Below are positions 1 through 13,481 of a DNA stretch of 64,000 nucleotides, in pieces. Where the stretch lies: NCBI GenBank assembly GCA_023515725.1, contig JALDTO010000192.1, forward strand, positions 558,001 through 622,000, read 5' to 3'. Under the pieces are notes generated by a model. It ran no database searches and had not been told where the DNA came from. It worked only from the letters and a program-made list of their open reading frames with translations. The position numbers and the translations under genes were made by a program. The DNA is from Amoeboaphelidium protococcarum X5 (lineage: Eukaryota; Fungi; Aphelidiomycota). Each line of letters opens with the position of its first letter. Position 1 is the first letter of the stretch.

Positions 1-1052
<1,052 letters not shown>

Positions 1053-1145
1053 TTAAAATTTGAACGATCAAAATGGAAGTAAGTGAAATGACGTTGAAAT
1101 TACAGTAATTTAGCACATATACTTAAATTTACATTCTTCGATAAC

Positions 1146-1544
1146 TCAACTTCTATCAGCGCCACCACGAACCCGGCGTTATGGTCTAGACAGATTATCC
1201 AAGTACCAGACCCAGCGACCTTAGTAAGGGTAGTCTACACCAGCCTCCAAAGCCTTCAGCTTAACAATTGCTGGAGATAGCCGCATATCACCCTAATTCA
1301 ATTTCCTCTAGGAAAATCGGACAAACTTTAATCTTCTCTCTTGAGACTTGCATCGGTTATACTCGTCTCCGAATTCCAGCCACAGCTTGTCATTCGCTCC
1401 TTTGATTAAATCACGGAATTGAATGTAAATTACCTATTTTTCCTAATACGGTACATGACCTTTGTAGGCTATTATTATTAGCTTTCAGTTTTTATAAGGC
1501 CGCGTTTTATGGCCTAGTTGAACCATACGGTCAATATGGTACAT
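1146..1544 (-). CDS. Orphan ~112-aa basic protein; predicted intron 1469-1528
   Basis: Removing a 60-nt GTATGG..TAG intron removes the only TGA and gives MYHIDPYKGHVPYQEKQ...RVRGGADRS*; no recognisable family. Confidence 0.45.
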
Positions 1545-1962
1545 CAAAGCACCACTTGTATCACTTTGTTCAATTTGGAAAGAAGTAACAAAGTGTTTAG
1601 TGAACGATGATGCGAGATTGTATCAGTGACAGCTGTTCAAACGGTGATTGCAACCGCGAAACGATTTGTCACTACTGAATAGTTATTGCGTGATAGATCA
1701 AAACTTATTTCACGCTGAGAACGTGGAACAATGCCCAACTGTACAATACTTGCCTATTTACGAGGTAGTCTAACAACTATACGCGCATGACTGTTTTCTG
1801 GTATAATATTCCTAAATTTCAACACGCTCATTTGGGCGCTCGGATCGATTTTCATTCCGCTTTATTGAGAGAACCGCGGCTGGAAATACTTGCCGCGCCT
1901 CTTCATTGGTATACCGGACAATACGCTTTTATTTCAATAGGATTGCCTCACTTCAGCCAATT

Positions 1963-2739
1963 ATGGCGACACCTCTTGGTTAGAACTAGGAAAAGACTCG
2001 CAGAATAGCGGTGGTTGGATCCCGTGCTGTCGGTAAGTATATGCGCTTTCTTTATACTGTAGATGTTGGATCTATGTATACTATTTTAATGTTGTGTAGG
2101 AAAGTCTTCGCTGACACTTCAATTTGTCGAGAATAGATTCGTACAAGACTACTATCCCACTATAGAGAATACATTTAGCAAATAGTTTGTACTACAAAAA
2201 TCTGCGTTGTAACGATAGAGAGGCCCTCAGACTTACAATCTGGAAATTATAGACACTGCTGGTCAGGACGAGTACACACTGATGAGTTCATCTCACAACT
2301 TTGGCATTCACGGCTATGTGCTGGTATACAGTATTGCTAATCGAGAGTCTTTTGAACTACTCAATGTTATCCGCGATAAAGTTCTCAATTTCGGTAGTAA
2401 TTCAGTAGCCTTCTGCATAGTTGGCAATAAATGCGATCTCGAATCTAACAGGTAACATTGGATTGAAGATGCAAGTTGTTAAATTTAATCATTATTTCTA
2501 TTTTCACTCTCCGTATCAAGTGTAGAAAAGTGACCAAGTAATAAGGTGAGCAGCTGGCCAGTTAATGGGGATGTGCATTTGTTGAGGCAAGCGCCAAAGG
2601 GGATATAAACGTGGATCGTGCCTTTGAGATGGTTCTCCGTGAGATTGAAAAGAGTGAAGTTGGTGGATCATCTACGGGTAATATTTCCGCTTCAAAGAGC
2701 GGAAGTAAAGATGGCTCATCATAATGTAATATTTGTTGA
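1963..2739 (+). CDS. RHEB: Rheb small GTPase; introns 2033-2099, 2452-2525
   Basis: [34 protein letters not shown]; C-terminal CAAX (CNIC) directly after an in-frame TAA. Confidence 0.93.
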
Positions 2740-2896
2740 TATTACTGTAATTATTTTTTTCGTCTTACTGCTGCTTATAAGAATTCTTGCTACTGTTTGT
2801 CGATAAGGGTCGCGTGTGTTTACGGTAAGTGAACTTACATAGTTCGTAATACAGAGTATAGAGAAGTGGATTATCTTGGAAAATCAGTTAAGCCAA

Positions 2897-4080
2897 TCAT
2901 AATTAGACTGAATATTAGATCAGATAACCATCATCACTGACAGACACCAGTTTATCCTATTTTTCATTTAGAGCGACTTGCCATACAAGGTCGTAATGTT
3001 CTTACAATGTGAATAGACAGCTCTTAGTGCATAGACTCCATACGCGTACAGTCTTGTCCGAAGATGAGCTGATAAAGTGTACACCGTCTGCCAGCATTTA
3101 GAGTGAAAGTATCCACGGTTTCTTAACAGTACTTTGCGCTGCTGATGAAGTAGCTGGAGACACCAGTGAGGCCATTTTATCAGCATTCACGGGGTCATAA
3201 GCTTCAATCTTTCCAGAATCGCTGCCAGTCAACAGGAGCGATGAATCCCTGGAGAATGCAAGACACCTCACAGGATCATTCTAATGCGATGGCAGAGTGT
3301 GCATCAACTGCATGTCAGAAGAGTTATATATCTGCACAAGGCCAGTGACGGTTCCAATCACTAACATGGCGCCATCGGGACTGTATGCGACACTCTGTAT
3401 AAACTAACCTTTCCCAACTTCTGCTTTGCGCAAACACTTGCCATCAGATACAGAATAAATATTCAACACTCCGCGGTGAGTTCCAGCTGCTATCTGATCA
3501 CCTTTAGGTGAAATCGAAACACACCAAGCATTAGAAGGGCCAACATTGAACCTGTTCTACAATTTGAGACCGCTTTTTGCGTCATTCAACTCCCACGCAG
3601 ATAATTGACCATCCGCAGTATTTGTTAATACCACTACACATTTAATTTTCGTTAAGATTTCTATTATTTATACTTGGCACATATTAAAGTCATACGAGTT
3701 GAGTCGGTCAAATCGCGCAAGTCCATCGATACAACACCAAGATCAGAACTCTTTACCACCTACTCACATTCCATAGTCTCTCCATCCCTACACACAAATA
3801 GTAACAATAAAATTTAGATTCACCAATCCTCATTATAGCGTACCATAATTTAATTTCAGAGCCAACGCCAGCCGTTACAATCTTATTCACTCTGGTAGAC
3901 CATTTCACGCACCAAATTCCACTAGTGTGAGCTACAAAATCAAATGTATACAATCATCAATGCGAGTTGTTAGTTATAGTACAAAATCAAAGCCAACCTT
4001 CTTTGACTGATTTAAAAGTTGAAAGCTACATTAAAAATTTATTATCTTTATGAACGATAAGATCTAAACGTACTTACCAT
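2897..4080 (-). CDS. SKI8: WD40 protein Ski8/WDR61 (about 4 short introns)
   Basis: GKGQFIQSVAYSPDGAMLVIGT, DKTVRVWSL, EHYDLVWQVAL and LVSVSDDG resemble WDR61; ATG|GTAAGT first exon at 4078-4080. Confidence 0.75.
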
Positions 4081-5041
4081 GATAGCGGGGAGTCCAAACT
4101 TAATTTTTGAATTCAATTCAGCACTAATAAATGATCGTCTGAGTATTGCGCGTCGCGTCTCATTGGGCAAAAGAGATCTCTTTAAACACACAAAGGAAAG
4201 GCTCAGACGCGTGCTATCCGAAGAGTTTCAGGCTATTATGAGTGTTCAGTAAAAGCTATGGACCGCGGATTTATCCCTCTGTATGTAATCTTGATATTTA
4301 GTCTCCTGACAACTTTAAATTGGCTACTATAGGTTCTTTAGAGTTTCTTTATGATTGCGCTAAATGATGATAAACTTAATATGGGAAAGATAAAAGAGGC
4401 CTTATATCTGATATTTAAAAACTTGATCTTGGAAAGTTTGGCCCAGATTAAGTAGTGCTTTTTGGACTGATGTTATCAGTATTGGACGTGAGAGAGCCGC
4501 TCCCAGGGCTTGGCACTATTTATGATATTGCCGCAGTCTGCATTACATGGAAGATAGCTAGATATGAGTCGTGTCTGGAATGAAAAGGAAATGCGGCATT
4601 ATTGATCCTGATGTGGTGTGATCTAATGCTCCGAAAGGATTTGCAAATGAATTAGACCGAGCAAACACAAACGCTAAGTATAAACAGCACCTTTCTGGGT
4701 AAGCTGATTTTAGACTATACATGACTCCTCTGCTTTTTATTAGCTTACGTCCTTTATTAATTTACGCTTGATTACGCGTGATACACAGTGTTAAATTCTG
4801 TGACATTAAGTACGCAATATATTCGTTTAATAATGGTCAGGCTGACAGGATGTCACATCAAAGTTCAGAGTAACGCTATCGCGGCATCTTGATTGGAACA
4901 GCGTGATCAATGTAACCACGATTAATCGGTTTAAAAGCTGGTCCGAGACATGAGAGCTTCTTCTTTTGCTCCTAACTATATAATAATTATCTAAGTCATA
5001 CTCATCTGATATAATCCTTAATCCTTAAGTCTATAAAAGAA

Positions 5042-5299
5042 ATGCAATTGATCAATACTATTCTGGCTGGTGTCGTCGCCGTGATGACCGTCTCTGCTCA
5101 ACTTCCCCTGTACTGTCCTAACTTGTCTCACTACCACGCTGGTAAACTAACGCTGCAGTAGCAAGGGGCTAGTGGTACCATCTGTACGTATGCAAGCGGT
5201 GCATCCTGTAATTTGAGTCCGGCAGCTTCCGTTTGCTATATTGGCAACAAGCCATATCCTGCGAAGAACAATCCGGATGGTACTGTGACTCTGCTCTGA
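5042..5299 (+). CDS. Small secreted Cys-containing protein (85 aa), candidate effector
   Basis: MQLINTILAGVVAVMTVSA signal peptide, 4 Cys, one in-frame TAG, ends TGA; absent from the ORF track. Confidence 0.75.
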
Positions 5300-5661
5300 A
5301 CGTGATGCATGAATGTCACTACCAGATAATTATGAATTAATAAATACATAATTTAATTCACAGGCTTCATACTGATTTTGTCACTTTCTGCATATTTAAA
5401 AGCTTCATACACTTTTATTGTCACTTTTCGACTAAATTACGATCACTACATTTTCAATGTGGCTTTGATGACAGCGACGTTGAAACAATTCTCAATCGGC
5501 TCGGCTCGGCGCGTTTGAAGATTGTTGAAGCCTCACCGTTTTATAAACGTCATGCGTCACCTTCCTCCTCTCTTCTCTCTTTACTATTATTAATATTGTG
5601 CACCTTAATCATTTATAATCATAACATTATCTTGATTGATACTTTAGTTTGGCCTTTCAAA

Positions 5662-6618
5662 ATGACAAACTCATCCGATCAGTTGGTTCTGAAGCGAGGA
5701 TTAGCGTAGATGCTGAAGGGCGGCGTCATCATGGACGTGGTCGATGTTGAGTAGGCCAAGATTGCTGAACAGGCAGGTGCGTGCGCAGTTATGGCTCTGG
5801 AACGTGTACCTGCTGATATTCGTAAAGATGGCGGTGTTGCTCGGATGTCCGATCCTAAGATGATCAAAGAGATTCAAAAGGCGGTGTCTATTCCCGTCAT
5901 GGCCAAGTGTCGCATCGGCCACTTTATCGAGGCAAGAGTGTTGGAAAGTATCGGTGTGGATTACATTGATGAGAGTGAAGTTTTGACTCCAGCGGATCCG
6001 TATCTACATATTGACAAGCACCCATTCCAGATACCGTTTGTGTGTGGCTGTAGAAACTTGGGTGAAGCTTTGAGGAGAATTAATGAAGGTGCTGCTATGA
6101 TTAGAACTAAAGGTGAAGCTGGAACCGGAGATGTAATTAATGCAGTTCAACATGCAAGAAATCTGTAGAATGATATCAAGAAAGCGTAGTCACTGCTCAA
6201 GTAAGATTAGATGATTCCGGACTATCCTGTGTAGAAGCTACCTCAGGATTTCCATGATCTTGCCAAGGAGTATCGCGTACCTGTAGAGTTATTGCATCAA
6301 ACTGTGCGTGAAGGTAGATTGCCTGTGGTCAACTTTGCGGCAGGTGGAATTGCTACACCCGCAGATGCGGTGATGATGATGCACCTGGGTATGGACGGCG
6401 TTTTTGTTGGCTCGGGTATTTTCAAGTCTGCAGATCCAGCTAAACGTGCACGGGCCATCGTCCAAGCTGTAAGTCATTTTGACAACTTTGAAATTTTGGC
6501 TCAAGTTAGTGAAGGTTTGGGTGAGGCCATGGTTGGCATAAACTGTGATTAGATGTGGAAAGGCGGTGCCGCTAATGGCCAAACTGGTTATATTAAAATG
6601 AGTGAGAGAGGAGATTGA
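5662..6618 (+). CDS. PDX1: Pyridoxal 5'-phosphate synthase subunit Pdx1/Snz1
   Basis: GLA(Q=TAG)[34 protein letters not shown]-terminal MSERGD*. Confidence 0.97.
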
Positions 6619-6687
6619 TTTTAAGAGATACGTTGTTGCAAATTTATCATTCATTTTAGGTTTTTTAAGGAGAGTTCCACATTGAGT

Positions 6688-7465
6688 TCAGTACTGAGAC
6701 ATAATTGCCGTTTCGTTTCCCATGACAGTTCCGCTGTAAGGAATAGTTGCATTCAAAACAGTGGTGCTATTCACCTCAGCCATTGGAAATGTGGTGGTGT
6801 TTGTAATGGAGCCATTTTGGTACATATTTTCAAGCTACATACGTTTCCTCTTTGCAGCGCGACGCGTTCTGTATGCGCATCCAATAGCAACAAGAGTCAG
6901 AATAGCAATCAAACTAGCTGCCAGTATGATGATTAGTTATAAATCAAAACTGAGAACCTGTTGCTATTACTGATTAACAGACACTAGAGTTGTTGTAACG
7001 GCATTATATACCAAAGACGAGGAGAACTAACTTACCACCGTGGGAGCATTGAATTAAATGTTACCAGCGTATGAGGTTGTCTGACCTTACACTTGAGAGA
7101 GTGCATCATTAACTGAAGCCATCGATGCAGTTGAACTTATTGGAGCCAATGATTGCAGCGTATTACTGAATTACAGAGAGACAGAGCTAATCGTATAAGA
7201 TGCAGTTGAATCTGATAAGTCTTAAATTTAAGACGTGGCATTGGTATACAATTACGACATTGATGAGCTAGTAGACGGCAGAGGAGAAGACTATGTGCTC
7301 ACTACAGTGACTAAGGACGCCGCAAAAGCGTTCAAGCTTGACCTGGTCGTGGAGTTAGAAGGAATAGATGTCGTATTCACCATCAAGTTTGAATTAACTC
7401 CAGTTGTTGAGTGGACAATAGTGGAAGTTTATAACTAGGAAGTAGTAGTGGTAGTAGTAGTAGTG

Positions 7466-7547
<82 letters not shown>

Positions 7548-9177
7548 TAGTAGTAGTAGTAGTAGTAGTAGGAGTAGTGGTAGTAGTAGTAGTGGTAGTA
7601 GTAGAAGTCGTAGGCCTAATAGTAGAAGTCGAAATTACAGTAGATAGCACGGAGGTGGTTGTAGCGGCTTGTCCTTGAATAGCCAGTGTCACCACCTGCT
7701 CAGTGCCTCTTTCATTAAACGCAACAAACTTCAAAACAGCAAAAGTATCACCAGAAGATACTCCAAGTTAGATTGAACTCAATCCAGTATTGCCATTTTG
7801 AATTGTGATTTACGGATTAAACGTAATTTCCGACTAATTGTTAAATATTTACGAATTTACTTGAGATCCATTTACAACGCTATAGGCGACAACATTACCG
7901 CGATTGATTACTATCGACTATGAAATTATAGTGATCGGATACTTTGAACCACTTCTGTAGACGGCAATACCTTTCAACAAATCGATTAAAGATCTCGTAG
8001 TACCAACCGTTATGTTTTGTGTGATCGAGCTTTAAGACCAAGCAAATTGTCTCGCCCATGAGCCATAAAAGCGAGAAGGATTAGCAAATTAACGCAACTG
8101 TCCCATACCATCAGTCGTGTTAGAGCTGACACGGAAATACAATATTCCTGAGGCTTCTGCATCGCCCCAAGTGGAGACATAAACATAGTTTCCATACCAA
8201 ACAACTCCGTGTGGCACTTAAGCCGGCACAGAGGCTAATAACGTCACGGGTGCCTGGCTAGGACCAGTGTTTACTCTAATCAGCTAAACTTTCTACAAGT
8301 CTCGGTCAGCATAGAGCATCACATTTTCATCCAACATCAGGATTTAAACAGGCTGAGAAATGACAAATGGCACTGGCACGACATAATTGTTCACTTAGTT
8401 AAAGTTCACAGTGAAATTACTAAAAGCAAAACTAGTATTACCACCTGCATAATACTCTGTAGAGAAGAGGACTTGCCCATTGAAGAAGTCAACACAGCGC
8501 GTAGGATTGTTATTATTTTGCAATTGTTTGATTAAGATCATATCAGACGTCAAGTCCCACATGTATTTTTCACCAGACGAATACGATGCGTAATAGAGAA
8601 AGCCACTATTAACACCAGCCATTCTAGGACCCCATTACTCAACGCCGCCAAGCATAGTTGCATATTTTGTGTTCACCAATACCGGAACATAATTCTTTAT
8701 GTCATACTTTCTGAGATAAGAATCTCCAATCAGATACAAAAAACGGTCCTGGTAATCAATGGCCATGATCATGGCACTATTAATCTAGGTAATTGATACA
8801 ACAACCTATAATATGTTGGAGGCAGACGTTAGCGGCAACTAGATGGAGTACAATTAGAGTCTAGGAGTAGTATAATAACCAGGCTGAGTAGCAGCAATAT
8901 AAAGATAGACTATCTAATTCACGCTGTCGAGCACCATTTCTTAATAAGGATAGTTTCCCGTCGTCACATTCGTTATCAATCTGGGGGCACCTGTCGCAGA
9001 ATCCAAAGAAAATATCGAGCACTATGGCACTTCATGACCACAATTAACCAAGACATTCGATACAATCCTGATTGTCATAGACTGTTGGGGAGCCATACGG
9101 ACTTTTATAGATTGAGAGAGCACGCCATCTGCGATTAACGCAACCTAACACAAAATGAACAAACTAATGATTCTCAT
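6688..9177 (-). CDS. Type I membrane mucin-like surface protein (~829 aa)
   Basis: One TGA-free frame: signal peptide MRIISLFILCQVALIADG, beta-rich ectodomain, poly-Thr/Ser stalk, TM LIIILAASLIAILTLVAIGCAY followed by RTRRAAKRKR. Confidence 0.8.
7438..7605. repeat. (GTA)n/(ACT)n coding microsatellite giving about 50 Thr
   Basis: Near-perfect trinucleotide repeat inside the minus-strand surface-protein gene. Confidence 0.95.
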
Positions 9178-9447
9178 AATCCAGATGCTTATTTCTCTTT
9201 TTAGTATTGAATTTAAAGCATTACTATGTATGATAAAAGAAGTGGTAGCTACTCTAGGTCACGCAGAGTGACGATTTCATTAAGAAGTCTAAATATAGCT
9301 TTCGTTTGCGGTAATATGCTTATGAAACCGTCCAATAAAATCCATCAAATACAAACCGAATTGACATCCGACATTAAAATAGAATGTAAAAATGCTAAAG
9401 ATGAATGCGAGTACTGCAAATGAAATTATATTTATACTCAATTACTA

Positions 9448-11118
9448 TCACGACTTCCTTCTGCGACGGCTTAGTTCAGAGATGGCCATCAGACGTTCAA
9501 TCTCATCACGCCACTTCTGAAACTTCTCCTCGTGCAGAAACTTCAGCACAAAGCTCTCCATTTCCCCAGAGTTACCATCCTTGTAAAAGACTTTAATCTC
9601 ATAATCAGAGTTCCTGCTACTGGCAACAATACCTTCCATACTTGCTATTGACACTTTTCCCTTAAACTAGTAAACCAGACTTTAGCGACGCTAACTGACC
9701 GATACAGATGACGTGTCATGACTCTTTCGAGATGATAGAGGTATCGAGAATGTCTTCTTCTCCTTCTTTGGCACCTCTTTCAAACAAACCAGTATCTTCT
9801 CGAATAGGTGAACATGCATAGGCTTCTCTACATCGCGCCTGACCATAAGAAGCTTCTCATCTAGCAGCAGGTCACCGAATGTAGACAAATCATGACCACG
9901 CCAGTCTTCAACCTGGAAAGCCAAATCTTTCACTTTGACTTCATTCTCATTTCTGCGCTAAATCTCATTGATCATTCTGGTGACGCGCGATGCAGCCTCA
10001 AAGCCCAGATTCAGCTACGTTTTCACAGTCTATGGCTAATCATCGCTCATTCTCAGCAATTCACGCAGAAGCAGCGGATACTTGCACACTCGCTAGATTG
10101 GCTTGATGAGATAGGATGGCAATTGGTGATGTGGCTCCATTACATTCTCAAAAGGCTTCAGTTAATCAGAAATTTCAGCGACCATCTGTGTTGCGTTAGA
10201 ATGATTCGAGCAGTATGGACCATAAACCTTAAAAGCATTCTCGAAATCACTAAACAGAGTACCAACATTTTGACCATTAGATTCTCCATTCAGACAGGTG
10301 TCTTCAAGCACGACCAGAAATGTTCTTTAGAAATCGACAAGCTGGTCCAGATTACTGAACATTTTACGCACCTCTTCATCAGTCAGAAGTCCACTCTACT
10401 TTATAGTGTTCATATACAGCTGCAAGTACTCGAGATCCTGCACATAATTCTACTCTGTATCCAGCAGCTCCACAACAACCTTGTCGCGATTATCTTTAGC
10501 GTTGCTACTCAATCTTTAGGATGTTCTAGCAGTAGTAGGAGACTGCAATTTGTCGTCAATCAAACCTTGAGCGGTCAGCATTTCAGCAACTATTTCAACC
10601 ACATCCAGCACTTTGACAAAAGCATTAGTGTCATCGCGATACAAATCGCTAGTAGTAAAGAGGCGAGAGCTATCAATGTGGAGATTGTCTTTGCAAGCAC
10701 GCAAAAAGTTATAGACATTGGTCTGACCCAACTTTGGAGTCTCAAACACTTTGCGACATGGATGAACGATAGGAATAGCATTAGGCACCATTATATTGAC
10801 CAAAAGACATAATGCCTCGCCGTGTCTAAAGCAAGTCCACAGAGAACTAACGGGGTCCATCGGAAGAGACGAGCGGCGTTTACCACCATCATTCATATTT
10901 TCTTTATCATTATCGTCATGACCGTTAGCACCGCCATCTAGCTATGGCAGAGACGCGACCAAGGATTCCTTGAAGCCAGGCACCTAAGAGAGTCGCTCGG
11001 TCAGCAAAACACAGCGCTGATACAATGACATGTTGTTTCCATTACTTAATCTCATATTTTAGCTCTATCTCTGAGACATGACGCTACTTCTGTTTTAAGA
11101 TGTTGATACTTGAGACAT
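9448..11118 (-). CDS. CDC24: Cdc24/Scd1-like Rho GEF (CH-DH-PH), no PB1 domain
   Basis: SLYQRCVLLTERLSQVPGF, DPVSSLWTCFRHGEALCLL, ELLDTEQNYVQDLE, LIKPIQRVCKYPLLLREL, VEDWRGHDLSTFGDLLL. Confidence 0.85.
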
Positions 11119-11557
11119 TGGATTTAATCTACACACTATTATTAATATGATTATTAGTATACTGAATATGGAAATGAGTTAGAGTGAGAGCGCCCTAATC
11201 CGATAGCTTCGCCGAGTCAACAGATGATATGATACTGAGCAATGATCACCATAACAGGGACGCGACTTTATATACAGTCCTCTGTATCAACTGACCGTCT
11301 GTTTCAAAACAAAGTCGCGTCCACTGATCAATTTTCGGCGATTCCTTACCACTCTTTCCATGCTCCATTTTACCAACGTTACATCATCATCTCCGGTGAA
11401 TACTCTCAGATTGTTAGGCATTACTCTCACTCTAAACTATACAAAATCTTACCTCAAATTAACTGTCAATACAATTACACAAATACAATGATTAAAAATT
11501 GTAAATAAGAAAATGGAATTGAAGTTTACCAGGTTGAAGATCACAAAAACTATAACG

Positions 11558-12466
11558 TCAATTAATTCTCAATCCTGATTGGCGGAGAATATTTTTGGAA
11601 ACGTGTTAAGGCCCAATTAGAATCAACTGCTCTTGATAGGATCGATCAAGAAAGTTTCTATCGCAGGACTGAGCCAGCTGTAAATCTATAACACCAAGTT
11701 ATTTCTAAGGACTTGCAGCAGTTGGCAGTGATGCTTGATCGTCTGTAGTAGTGTGTTAATCCACTCGCCGAAAGTTGTACTTGGTAGTGTAGTCTATCAA
11801 AGCACCTGGCCGATAAATAGTCTTTTAGTCCACCAGTCTATCAACAAGATTCAATAAATACAACTTTAGAGCTTCTGCTAGATACCTTGTACAATCATCA
11901 GAAAATTTAACACCTTCAGATTCACTCACACTAGCCAATCTATGTTCAACTACTGAAAGATCCAGAAATTCACAATCACTCAAAAGTCCAGATTTTATTA
12001 GAGCTTGCGTATTTTAAACCTTTTTATCTACTGCCGGGAGAGATTACACAATAGTCTCATCCAATGATCGCCTCAATTCATCCAGTGTGGGAAAGTTGAG
12101 TAAAGTCTGATACATTAGAGTTTCTGCATTAGACAGCGGATCTATAATGATAACGACATTCTCATCACTCTTTAATCCACCACCGCGAACAATTTGTTAC
12201 CATTCTAGTAATTATTGATCCGCATCTTAAGTACCACCACCAACATCAGGAAGAGTGGTGTGTATGAGATAGAGCATCAATTTATTATGAACAGTAATTA
12301 GATCATCACTACCGAGAATCTCCTTTACTTGCGCATCAAATTCAGTCTTATCAATAGATGCATTAAAGAACACGTGCAATAACTACCAATACCTCTATGC
12401 ATTAACTGATGTATTAATCTAACGCTTTAATTCTGTCAAGTCAAGCAGTCGATCACTGTCAGCCAT
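11558..12466 (-). CDS. ADA1: SAGA subunit Ada1/TADA1-like (302 aa)
   Basis: DLTELKRQI..RYWQLLHVFFNASIDKTEFDAQVKEILGSDDLITVHNKLML matches the SAGA-Tad1 N-terminus; histone-fold-like CTRYLAEALKLYLLNLV; not in the ORF track. Confidence 0.72.
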
Positions 12467-12630
12467 CTCTTTTGTTTTGATGAAGCTTTGACAAAACTGT
12501 GCGCCGTTCCTTTGCTTGAAGGAAAGAAAGGGAAACGAGCGAGATTCAAACAAGGTCAGATTCTGTCAGTGTATCGTCTGCCTTCTTGTCTTCCTTTAGT
12601 AACATATATTTAAAACAGTGTTGGAGAATT

Positions 12631-13425
12631 ATGAATTACTCACCGTTGGATCAATAGTTGCTGAATGCTGTTCAGTTTGTGGATGAAGAGCCGGAACAGC
12701 AGATTGGTGGATAAAGTCAATATGCATCGGAACTGCCAGAAGAGTTGTAACGCAGCGGAAAGAGAACTGGCCCGAAGGGAGTGCTGGCTGATTATCATGA
12801 ACATTAAAGAGAGGAGCACCGTTAAAGATTTAACGAGTAGAGTTCTATAGTTTAGCAGGCTTATAAGTACTCTATGGCCCTTACTTTGCCGCAATAAGAT
12901 GTCTATCAAGGCTAACAGTAATAGTCACTAAATGACGACGACCAGCAGTTCATTGAGGAATATCGACAGAAGAGATTGCGCGACTTGAAACAACAGCAAA
13001 GTCAGCCGCGTTAAAGAGTCAAATATGGCGATTTGAGGATCATTGGAGCGTCGTCTTATGTCAGAGAAGTTGAAGATTGTAGTGGTGGGGTCAAAGTGCT
13101 GGTATTGTTGCGCGTGCGTAATTAGTTATGCCAAGAAATTAGCCAGATGTTATAGTTGATAGCCAAAAAGTATTGCTTTGCCAAATTCCTGTCAATTGAT
13201 GCTCTGGACGCGGATCCTTAATACGATCTGATTGCAATTCCATCTATTTTAGTTTATCAAGATGGTGATTTGGTTGTTAATATGACAAGATTAATTGATT
13301 ATATTCCGTCATACAAATCTGGCGAAGGTTTTGATGCTCAAGATCTTGAGTCATGTCTGTTGAAAGCTAATGCAATTGAAAGTAGGGATGCAGAAGACTT
13401 TGAGTGCACATTAAATGAACTGTGA
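12631..13425 (+). CDS. Phosducin-like protein (PhLP1 type)
   Basis: TGPKGVLADY motif, FIEEYRQKRLRDL, thioredoxin-like AIPSILVYQDGDLV. Confidence 0.85.
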
Positions 13426-13481
13426 TGTTTAAAGTGAACCGAGAAGTCTAATATATTCATGAACTTTATTACTTGACTTCA

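Noticed and set aside
4238-4650. Possible small spliced gene (GTATGT..TAG 4281-4332)
   Set aside because: All ATG-initiated frames reach TGA quickly; no supportable product, possibly a relic
6984-7035. Apparent GTAAGT..TAG intron in the surface-protein gene
   Set aside because: The unspliced frame is open and leads into the TM helix; splicing would shift the frame
7448-7678. Poly-Val ORF on the + strand
   Set aside because: Antisense reading of the poly-Thr tract in the minus-strand surface protein
9892-10812. 306-aa + strand ORF
   Set aside because: Antisense shadow of the Cdc24-like DH domain
11242-12099. Long + strand Q/H-rich frame under table 6
   Set aside because: Overlaps the minus-strand Ada1-like gene, which has recognisable homology; long shadow frames are expected with one stop codon
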